Shown piece by piece: positions 50,050-64,000 of a DNA stretch of 64,000 nt. The DNA lies in assembly GCA_002189035.1 (NCBI GenBank), contig CM007990.1, positions 4,526,001 through 4,590,000 on the forward strand, written 5' to 3'. The translations under genes and the position numbers were made by a program. This stretch comes from Utricularia gibba (taxonomy: Eukaryota; Plantae; Magnoliophyta). The notes under the pieces are model-generated. The model saw only the letters and a list, made by a program, of their open reading frames with translations. It searched no databases and had not been told where the DNA came from. Every line of letters starts with the position of its first letter. Position 1 is the stretch's first letter.

Positions 50050-50200
50050 TATCACCACATAATATATTGGTTATAAATGAAAGAGATAAGATGTTTATAT
50101 TCTTTAAAATGAAATAATATAAAATCATAAGAGTTAAGTGTCTGAAATGAACAATATCATATTAGAAGAAGTTGATTCATGATATTTGACATCAAAATCA
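50050..50200 (-). repeat. Third (inverted) copy of the AT-rich repeat at 28347/28624
   Basis: The reverse complement of 50118-50137 (TTAACTCTTATGATTTTATA) matches 28398-28417 at 19/20. The reverse complement of 50174-50188 matches CAAATATCAcGAcTC. Confidence 0.7.
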
Positions 50201-50551
50201 AATCCAACCTCATGCCAATGATAGAATGAGAATATCAAAATAGAAGAATATAAAATCAGAAGTGTTATGATAATATACTACATTGGTTAAAAATAAGAGA
50301 AATTGATACTTAAATAAAACGACTATTCTAATCTAAAATCAGACTCTTTCCACTTCTATATTATATTCCATCCTTTATGTTCTACCCTTTACAATACATA
50401 GGGCAACAATAGTACCAATTGGACACATTTCCAGGGGATAAATAATACTTCACATGTAACGCGGGCATGAAAGTAAGACCATTACATAAGGTAAGTTATC
50501 GCAGTGCTTCTCCTACACGTGCAACTACACAAACATGGCACGTCGCCTTCA

Positions 50552-52768
50552 TCAGTTCCAGGCGGATCTCTTGTTCTTCTTCCCAGCCCTCTGTTTCCTT
50601 TTTGCAGCGCCGGCACTCGACAGATCGCCCAAGGGGCCGGACCAGGTCTGGATGGGATCCTTGTCGTAGGACAGGTTCATGGAGGTGAAGGGCGCGTCCG
50701 GGGGGTCGTAGTTCGGGTTCGCGTGAAAGGATGAGCCCAGAGGGTACCCAATTCCTCCGTCCTGATGCGGCGGAGGGAATTTCTCGCTTTTGCTCTTGGC
50801 GTTTGGGTGTGCAATCAGCCGCCGTCTCTGTGTTCAGGGAAGGAGTTACATGAATGAACAGGATGAAGATGAAGGGAGAGCAGACGTACATCAATGTTAG
50901 CAGGGAGCTCGGCGTTGGCTTCAGGGGCTGGGATTGCGCGGCTTCCCCGGTCTCGAGGGCGTGTCTTCTTCACAACATCAGCTTGTGTTTTCTTACCAGC
51001 AGCTCTTAATCTGGCACAACCCAAGTTGCTCAAAGGTTAGATGATGTAAGAACTGAGAGCAGTAGCAGCAGTAACATTCGAACCTTCGAGCTTCATCATC
51101 ACGTCGCTTAGCATCAATTTCCTTGCTCGGAGGGTACTTGGGAAGTGTAGAGGGATCACATGCATACGGCTTGGTGTTGAAGAACTGCAAAACACAAATT
51201 CCAAGACAACAAGGAAGCAGAGGGCATTAAAACACCAGTCTTGTGTTTATACACAAATGTATCTGGGTGATTGATTCACACAAGGGAGGAGCCTACTTCA
51301 CTATTCAGCGCTGCTGTAGCAGTTAACCGCGCAGCCGGGTCAATGGCAAGTAAGGTATCAATTAATGGGAGAGATGAGGAGGGGAAATCTTTGAAGGTCT
51401 CCATTATGCATCTTTTGTAGGACTGCTGGGGCTTGAACATTGTGGCATGCGGGAGCCTTGATTTCTTCCAGTATTCTTCTGTGGGAGAACCACACAGCTT
51501 GAAAATCCTGTGCAGTTGTTCCACCTAGCGATGGTTATTGCCACAAAAAAGCAAAATCAGTGGCCAAGAACGATGAACATGAGAGACAGTGCAAAGATCA
51601 CTTGCCTCTGTCCTTCCAGTCATAATTGGCTTTCCATAAAAGAGTTCAGCTAAAATGCATCCAGCACTCCATAAATCAACACCAACACCGTAATCTGTGG
51701 CGCCAAGGAGAAGCTCTGGTGGCCTGTACCAGAGAGTCACCACACGGCTCGTCATTGGATGCTTGTTGTTTGGATCAAACGTTGCAGCTAACCCAAAATC
51801 AGCAATTTTAAGCACCCCTCCATCATCAATGAGGAGGTTTGAGCCCTTGATATCACGATGCAAGACATGGCGATTGTGGCAATGTTCAAGCCCTGAAAGT
51901 AGTTGGTGCATGTAGCATTTGACCTGCCATTTCAAGTATAAGGACACTGGACTCAACTTAAAGAGCAGAGAATCAAGGAAAACTAAAATACACCTGAGGC
52001 TCGGTAAACTTGATAGTAGTGCTGGAAGCAAGACCAGCAAGATCATGCTCCATGTAATCAAACACAAGGTACAAACTGTATGACATTCTAGACATTGCTA
52101 GACCTTGTAACTTCACAACATTCGGGTGATCCAATTGACGCAAAATAAGAATCTCCCTGGCCATAAACCTCACACTTTCTGGCTCCAAGTTATCAAATCT
52201 AACCTTCTTTAATGCTACCACCTTCCCTGTTACAGTATCTCTAGCTTTATACACGTTGCTGTAAGTACCTTGTCCGATCTAAAGTCACTCAAAGAACAGC
52301 TTAGGATTAGTGGGACTATAAAGGGAAAACTATTGCACAAGTAATGTACTCTATTACCTTATCGATTTTCTCGTAAGAATCAGCACGACGAGGTGTCCAG
52401 CCAACAATTGCCTCTCCGGCCACATCACAGAGCCAAGGTGGCCATCCAGCAGCTACTTGCTCACCTTGGATGTACTTCGGTAGGTTGCCATGTCTAGGAT
52501 TTGGTCTGGGCTTCCTTCTATCTCCTCTTGGCCTTTGTTGAGTTTCAACCTTCTCCTCAGGTTTCTGCATCCCATGATCGCCATTGTCTCTCCTCTCAAC
52601 ATCGCCCACATCATCACCCTTGCTCACTGCACCAATTTCAGAATGCTCCTTTCTTCCTGATGGCACAGACAAACTATTTCCTGCTTTATTTCCCCTTCCT
52701 GTTCTGACTACAGCACCTTCATTGGGTTGATGTGCAGATTTAATCTCTTTCCCGAAAGCGCAACCCAT
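50552..52768 (-). CDS. CDKC-like Ser/Thr kinase (At1g54610-like); multi-exon
   Basis: MGC myristoylation-type start, VAAGWPPWL, KIGQGTYSNVYKARD, VALKKVRFDNLEPESVRFMAREI, HRDIKGSNLL, DFGLA, VVTLWYRPPELLLG, and C-terminal KFPPPHQDG/TWSGPL. Confidence 0.94.
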
Positions 52769-54340
52769 TGCTCGAAACTCCAAAACCTCATTTCCCAACA
52801 CATAACACACGCTTGCACCTCATTCAAAAGCCACCCAGCAATCACCAATTGACAGACTGCACCAAACAAATCCTAAAAGCACAAAAGATGCGACTTGAAC
52901 TTCCTGCGAGGATAAAACACGGAGCCCTTTATCAGCAAAAAGCCTGCGTGTTCAAGGGCTTGGTGGATCACTAAAACCTAACAGATCGGAATTCAGGGAA
53001 CATATACACGCTCAGATTCGGATTGAAGACCAAGATTAATCATTCAAAGGAAAATTTCACTGTCACGAAACAAACAATCGAAACAAAAACCTAATTTTAA
53101 CTTCCTCAACTACAGAATTGCTCATTACCAGACCAGCATGATTCAGCAAAGCAGAAAATCGCATTCAAAAAAAAATGCAATGGGTCGCAGCTATCTTTTA
53201 CCAAGACTTTTCCTCAGGGATTCAAGAACAGGAACAGACAGAAGGTTTCAGTTCACAACAGTTAACTCGCACTTTCCCACTTTTGGTCAAAGAAATCAAA
53301 TTACCCAACAAATGAAAGCTATCCCGGAAGAAAAAAAAAATGATTATTCACTAGATCTGCGGCTGCCAGTAAATGTTTACTTGTAGTCCTCTTCCTCCAA
53401 GATTATGAAGAAAGAGGAAGACTTCCCAGCAGAAAAAAAATGAAAGAAAAGGAAAAAAAAAAAAGAGAGGAGGAAAGCGGGGTTTCAAGAGCGACGACAC
53501 CTGTGCAGAATTTGACCCTCTTTGTCCAATTAGTTTCTTTTTCTTTTCTTTTATGACGCCATAACCCCATCATTGTAATAAAACACGATCCTACAAGTCA
53601 CACATCAAGCCCCAAGAGCTCCCCCGCATCCTCACTCCAAGCTGCAGAAGCTTACTTCCTGCTCACCTAACGTTTTACAGTAATGCAGTCTACAGTATGC
53701 AACCAATGGGGGAGTATTAGCAACTCCTAATCCTAACCACTCCCATCTTAGGAGATAAAAACTTGCAGAAAAATGCAGTTGATTCCAAGTTCAAACATAG
53801 CATTTAACTGAATTTCCCGACTCCCCAGTCATTTATCAGCAGGCTAGGTGTAGATCAGCAATTATTTGGCATCCTTTTGACCGAGGGGCGCGACCCTTTT
53901 GAGCTATTGCTTTACTTAGAAACCAGCACCCCTTGGCCTGGTCACCCTCTTCTTCTTATTCCTACTCCCGGTCTGAACACAGGCCCCCACCCCTACATGG
54001 AGCCTGGAGCGTGCTCAGCTTAGGTCACATGAAGAAGACATGTATCAGAAGAAAGCATTATATCAAATCTGATTTATAACAACGAAAGTGTAATGAATAA
54101 GTGATTGTGATATACTACTAGTGTTATGCTTGCATGAACATGAAAAGGTTAAGTTTAAGTTCTGTGGAAATGAAGGGAGAAATCAGATGGATTTGAATGC
54201 AATGCATGGTTGGATTAGGTACGGACATTTCTTGGGCATGGAAGGGAAGTCAGCCTGTTCAGTAAACGGGACCATTGCTATGTATTGATTCATCTATATA
54301 TATGGGCGTATCGTACTCTTGACGGCTCTCACTTTGTTCC

Positions 54341-55027
54341 ATGGAGCCGGCAAGCGGTGCGGTGGAGAGAGCCGGTGTGCGAGAGCGAGACAGGGAGAAG
54401 CTGCTTGGTGAGAGGGAAAGAGGGGGAACCGGAGGTGTTATTTGCGATCTGCTGCTGAGGATTTTTGCCCTGCTACTGACCCTCGGAGCGTTGCTCGTCA
54501 TCGCCTCCGATGAACAACCGCAAACGGTGTTCTACACGCTCGCTCCGGGGATCCCAGGCTTCATCACCAGAATTACCGTCTATTTCCATGACTTTCCTTC
54601 TCTCACGTCAGTTCGCTCACTCCCTCCACCTCTTTTCTTAACTGTAACCAGTAACAGCGTGAAAAATCTGTTCTTTCTTGGTTGAAGTTACTTCCTGGTG
54701 GCCAATGGAGTCGCGGTGCTGTACTCTGTACTGTCGATCGTTATGTCGTTGATAAACAGAGGAGGGATGAAGGGGCTCACCCTGCTGCTCGTCATTCTCG
54801 ACCTCGCCATCACGGCAGTGCTCTTCTCCAGCCTCGGCGCTGCTCTCGACGTCGGCCTCATCGCCTACAACGGCCTCCAGAGAGCCCAGTGGTGGAAGAT
54901 CTGCAATGTCTTTCAGAGATTCTGCAACATGGGCGCTGCTGCTGTAGCCCTGTCCGCCGGAGCTTCTCTGATCTTTTTCCTCCTCGTCGTCCTCGGAACT
55001 GCATCCCTCTACAGGAGGATAATGTAG
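54341..55027 (+). CDS. CASP-like (CASPL1-type, MARVEL-fold) membrane protein; 2 exons
   Basis: Exons 54341-54606 and 54688-55027. DLLLRIFA, YFLVANG, LD...LLFSSLGAA, GNxxxQWWKICNVFQRFC. Confidence 0.9.
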
Positions 55028-55274
55028 ATTCATTCCCATGCCTTTCAATTCATCTCCCAGTTTTTCTAATGCTTATCCTGAACTAAGTCCTTGTATTGTC
55101 GATCATTGGCACAATTCGTGTTCATACAAGAACGATACTGTTATCATGGCATCTTCCCGATCATAACATCTCGCAGCAAATAAGAACACCCAATCTGAAC
55201 TGCTTGAACATGCAGTTATTCAACTATGCACTTGAAACATGACAAGTATAATACAAGGAGTGCAAGTGAGCACA

Positions 55275-55586
55275 TCAGAGCCACAATGCTCCGGCATCTT
55301 TAAGCATCTGCTTGAGCAAGCCATTGAGGTGAAGAGTGATGACACTGTAAACAGAGCCCAGGGATTCACCGCCAATGAACACAGCAGGCACTGCAGGACT
55401 GAATCCCAGTCGTGACAGAGCCCTCTCAATTTCCTTACCTCTTGTGGCGTCTTCATCCAGCTCATGGATCAAAGGGCTCACCCCCTGCTCATAGAACAGC
55501 CTCTTGATGGCATGGCACATGCAGCAGGAACTCTTGCTGAATATAACCACGGCCTTCTGCGATGCAATTCTCGATATGTCCTCCAT
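55275..55586 (-). CDS. ROXY: CC-type glutaredoxin (ROXY), ALWL subgroup
   Basis: Intronless, 103 aa, CCMC active site, [11 protein letters not shown] and terminal ALWL motif. Confidence 0.95.
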   Translation of the reverse strand: MEDISRIASQKAVVIFSKSSCCMCHAIKRLFYEQGVSPLIHELDEDATRGKEIERALSRLGFSPAVPAVFIGGESLGSVYSVITLHLNGLLKQMLKDAGALWL

Positions 55587-56572
55587 GACTGCAATGCAGG
55601 TTCCTGCACTTGGGCAAGCTTGGTATTTATAGGGAGAGGTACAGACAGAGGGGTGAGATGGAAAGTGCGCACATTGCATCAATACCAAATGAAGAAGAGA
55701 ATGGGAGGTATCCATGCGATGCTCTTCAGCACCAAATGGACATTACAGGAAAAATTCTAATGAGAACCAGAAGCTGGAAGGTGGATGGAAGGACACACCA
55801 TAGCTTACGGTTTCAACTTTCAATCATGCTGATCACCTTATGTGGAATGTATACCGCGAACACTGTTTTTTTCACATGCTGATTCGCCCTTTCCAGAGCA
55901 TTTAGAAGATATTTGGAATCTGGAAATGAAGCAGCGCTTCTTCTCCACAACTCCGGATGGCTAAGAATCTTTAGCACGTTATGGCTGTTGGGAGGTGCGA
56001 GCCGAAGCTTTCTTTTTTAGTTCAGGCGCCTGTGGTGTGCGAAGGAGCATCAGAATGTTGACCAGCAGACGTGGAGTGGGTGAGTGAGCATCGCATCCAC
56101 ACAAGAAATCAAAATACTTCTAACATGGCATTGCTGACTCATGCATCTGGATCATGTTGAGAATGACTCTGAAATGAAGCACTTGGGCAAACAGAGGATA
56201 TATGTAGCAAATGAGCAACACCATGAACCATAAATTCTTGCTGCACAAACACAACTGTTCAGCTAGAGAAAGTTGCCCACCGCAACTGGTGTAAATAGCA
56301 ACACACTGGACTATACGTACACATAGGTCATCACACAACAACAAACAGTAGTCCTAGAAACAGGAAACCTACGCATCACGAAGGCGCAAGAGTTTTCTTT
56401 GGTTGATTCTTGTGGGTATGGCGGGACCCGAGCCTGGAAGATGCCTAGGGAATGAATGAAGAGGCTCTCACATCCGATCAACCATCAAAGAAGGTCTGAG
56501 AATCCTTCCAGATTATGTTTTTTTTTAACCAGTGAAGGTTTTTTTTTATGAAAGGCTGGATTCAGCCTCAGC

Positions 56573-60576
<4,004 letters not shown>

Positions 60577-61277
60577 CCTGATCTTTTAAACTAGTTTAAT
60601 ACACCAATCTGAAGTCCACACAAAGAAAATATATTAAATAGGGTTTAGGACATCAACAGCAATCAGAAATGAACAAGTCACACCCATGTTAACCATTGAA
60701 TATCAATGTCATTTGTCAGAAGTTCAACCCTTACCACACTTACCAGAAGGCAAATCGCCTCTGGTGCAGAAAAATGCTAAGGTTGAAAAATAGAACACGA
60801 TCAAGACTAAACCTTATTCCATGGTATTTAAATGAGGTCCCTCTTTACTTTAAGAAAGTCCGCGAGAGGGCTTAGTTGATCCATGATTGACTCGCAATCC
60901 AGATAAAAAAACCCAAAGAATCAGAGAAGCAGGTAAAAATGGGGACGGATACCGAAGAACAACCCCCTTGGGAGCAAACCCAGATGCACAGAGATACAAA
61001 AAAACGAGAAAAAGTCACCCGATTCGGCTATATCAAGTCCCCAGAAAGGAGATTCAAAGAAAAACCCATGACAATCAAGCGACCCACGACCGATGCAAGA
61101 TATGAATAGAAAATTTACCGCGGCGATGCACTTCCGGTGAAAGGGAACCACAGAGCGTCCGTATATTGTTGCAAAATCCGCAGAATCGATGACTATCCTC
61201 CCAACCCTAGCACAGCGCATGCCCCGGAAACAACCACCGCATCTAAATTCCGATGCTCCTGATTCGATCGTTGAAGA

Positions 61278-61286
61278 TTAGGGTTT
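61278..61286 (-). promoter_or_regulatory. Telo-box (AAACCCTAA) near the presumed CUL1 transcription start
   Basis: TTAGGGTTT on the plus strand, upstream of the GC-richer CUL1 leader region. Confidence 0.45.
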
Positions 61287-61681
61287 TTAACCCGTGCTTT
61301 GCATTTTCCAGTACTCCAACATACTTTTACAAGGCTGTGATATGCGTATTTTTGGATCGTTGTCTAAAAGCTTCGTCTTTGGTCCAACGATATTTATGGT
61401 GGATTGTCACCATGGACTATTAAGCATATCATGCAATAATATAATTTCTCGAATATAAAAAAAAGTTTAATGTCTCTTCTTTCTCTGTTATATAAGTGTT
61501 TTCAACCTTTTCTCAAAATTATATTTATAAAATTTAATCGTTTATAAATTATGGTATACATTTGATCATTGATACATAAAAAATAGGAAAATTACATAAA
61601 AAATCCTCAAAATTTATCATTTAGATAATCATGATCTCCACTGTTTATAATAAATAATATAATTGATCTCCAGTCTTTTTA

Positions 61682-61685
<4 letters not shown>

Positions 61686-61726
<41 letters not shown>
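61686..61726. repeat. (AT)n microsatellite, about 20 units
   Basis: Direct reading. Confidence 0.95.
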
Positions 61727-61730
<4 letters not shown>

Positions 61731-61746
61731 GTTTTCAGCATCTAAT

Positions 61747-62145
61747 ATATTTGACTGAATAAATTCTCGATTTTTATATATTATAAGTATATTTTGGTTC
61801 CGAATATTTGAAAAATAGTCTTAATTAGTTTCTAATATTTATTGCTTAGATACATTTAATCCCCACTATTTTAATATGTGACATATTTGATTCCCAACTT
61901 AATTTGACATTATAAGTCTCCAATATTTTATTAATGTATATATTTAATCTCCACCGTCTGATATATTTGAATAAATAAATCCTCGATTCTTATATATAAT
62001 AAATATTTTTTGGTTCCCAATATTTGAACAATAGTCATAATAGTTTCCAATATTTATAACTTTGATACACTTAATCTCTATTATTTTAATACGTGACATA
62101 TTTGATTTCCAACTCAATTTGACATTATAAGTCTCCATTATTTTG
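61747..62145. repeat. Two-copy tandem repeat, about 215-bp unit
   Basis: AATTTGACATTATAAGTCTCCA occurs exactly at 61901 and 62116, with colinear similarity over the whole unit. Confidence 0.85.
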
Positions 62146-62661
62146 ATTATTGAAAAAATTAATACCCAATATCAATATATATGTTTTTACCGATTGCATC
62201 GTCCCGCTAATTTTTAATATTAGGAATTAATTATACCTATTGTTCAAACAATGAAAGATATACATATTTAAAATATAAAATTTTAAGTATTAATTATGTA
62301 AATTTTGCGGACTAAATATGTAAATATATGAATCTTGGAGGATTTATTTATCAATGAGTACTAATTATATAATTTCGTTAAAAATTGGAAACTAATTTTA
62401 TTAAAATTTTAAAAATTGGGGTTTTTTTATACAATTTTATCTATGTAAATGTTTCCGATGGAGTGGGCCGACCCATATAGAGTTTCGGGCTGGGTCTCCA
62501 GGGAGGTATTAATTTTGGAAGTCGGCACCGAACACGGTTAACAAGACCAGGGGGCGCGAGGTGAAAACAAGGGGTGGTAAAGCATGGATTTGTCATCGTA
62601 AAAGCCGCTACATATACCGGGGTTGGAGGAGGCAATCGGGGCCGTCGAGGAAACGGGAAAA

Positions 62662-63129
62662 ATGGACAAAGAGAAGAGCAAGATGGAATCTTTCAGGGAA
62701 TGGGTTGTGGATCATAAGCTTCGTGCTGTTGGTGATTTTTCTCCCCTGTTTCATCGTTCTAATGATTTCTGGCTTTCATTTCAAGACTCGAGATCGATAT
62801 TTCTTTGATTAGGGGCGTTATGGGGGAGCGGGATCGTTGGTTCATTGGCCTATAACTGGTCCCAAGCCGGTATGAAAACAAGCGTCAAGATCATTCATGC
62901 CAGGTTCGATTGAGATTTGATTTTTTTGTGGTATTTGGTTGCTGCCGGAAAGGAAAGATCTTTCAATGGATTTCTTCTGCGATCTTTGTTTAGGTTGCAT
63001 GCGCAAGCACTGACTCTTGCTGCGCTTACCGGGGCAGCGCTTGTGGAGTATTATGACCACAGAACGGGTGCAAAAGCAGAGCGGGTGGCGAAGTTTTTGG
63101 AATTGGGTAATCATTCACAAGGCGATTAG
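62662..63129 (+). CDS. Hypoxia-induced gene 1 domain (HIGD/Rcf1-like) mitochondrial protein; 3 exons
   Basis: MESFREWVVDHKLRAV|GALWGSGIVGSLAYNWS...TSVKIIHAR|LHAQALTLAAL.GAA.VEYYD. Confidence 0.92.
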
Positions 63130-64000
63130 GGAGGAATCATGTGTTAGTAATCGCTGTTAAGCTTTATCCAACAATGTCCTCGAAAGAAATAGGACAAGCT
63201 TTGTTTATGTAAGAAGTTCAATTGTTCTGCGTTTGGCAAGAGCGAGTTGTTCTACCTAGTTATATGTCTGGGTGAATGAGGACGACTCAAAACTACCTTT
63301 CAGCCTGCTGTAGATTCCTTGCAAAACCCTCGTATTCAAAATTGTAGTCCATTAGTGGCAGTAATTGATGGTTTATGATGACCAAAGGAACGGGACCATC
63401 TTCCACACCCAGAGCGGACCCCGCCAGCTCCCGGATGTTGGGATCGGGTTCGATCCAGATCCTTGGGCGGGGGTCTGAGTTTTTGTCAGTGGAACTAAGT
63501 TCGTCTGCAGATAGTTGGTGATATCTTCATGTCGCTGCTTATATGTTCTGGCGATGCTTGATCCACACCCCGTCGTATCTCTGGTGATGCAGCAACGTTT
63601 GATGATCACTTTCCGGTGCTCGATTCTTGTACATCACCCACCAACGCCCCTTTACCTCCATTGACGTCGGTCTCGATGGGAAGGTTCTGGATTCTCTACC
63701 GCTCCACCGCCGCACCGGCGGTGCGCCGTTCGCTCGTCGGAGCTTGAAGAGAACGGGAGTTTGCTACCACTTCTATCACATCGATTTTATGGATACGTGC
63801 TTCCCAAACCTCTTGCCCCTTGTGCGGATCCCCCGTTCAAATCGTGCATCCTCCGCCGCCGTAGCCGGTCTGAAATTAATTTGCAATAATCGATGGCCAC
63901 CGATTGAATTTAGATGTCGACAACAGGATGGATCCAAAAGAGCATCTCCGTTCTCAGATAATCTTCCTTTGAACTCTTTCCTCGAATCCATGGATGCCAA

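Overview
Gene-dense flowering-plant nuclear DNA with short spliceosomal introns and AT-rich spacers. I reconstructed about 24 protein-coding genes plus one clear pseudogene by joining exons at splice signals. The genes are YUCCA, plastid GRXS12-type glutaredoxin, PsaE, a glycine-rich wall protein, two tandem defensin-like peptides, Derlin-1, ASHR3/SDG4, an E-class PPR, DeSI/PPPDE, a TDIF-type CLE, an At4g13200-like plastid protein, DUF1677, CLC-d, MAP70, an EEP/DNase I-like protein, U1-C, a UPF0640/SMIM4-like microprotein, plastid ACP, a CDKC-like kinase, CASPL, a ROXY glutaredoxin, CUL1 and a HIG1-family protein; the pseudogene is an organellar guanylate kinase. The most interesting signals are: (1) a pair of atypical, non-cationic 6-Cys defensin-like peptides, hidden from the ORF track by a shared GC-AG intron; (2) a GRXS12 with a WCGYS active site; (3) a TSD-bounded hAT-type MITE upstream of PsaE; (4) two U12-type introns; (5) an orphan ORF/uORF with a duplicated splice donor; (6) two apparent single-base homopolymer frameshifts. 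No tRNA, rRNA, CRISPR array or confident miRNA was found. Gene names come from motif recall, not database searches, and the species cannot be determined from this window.
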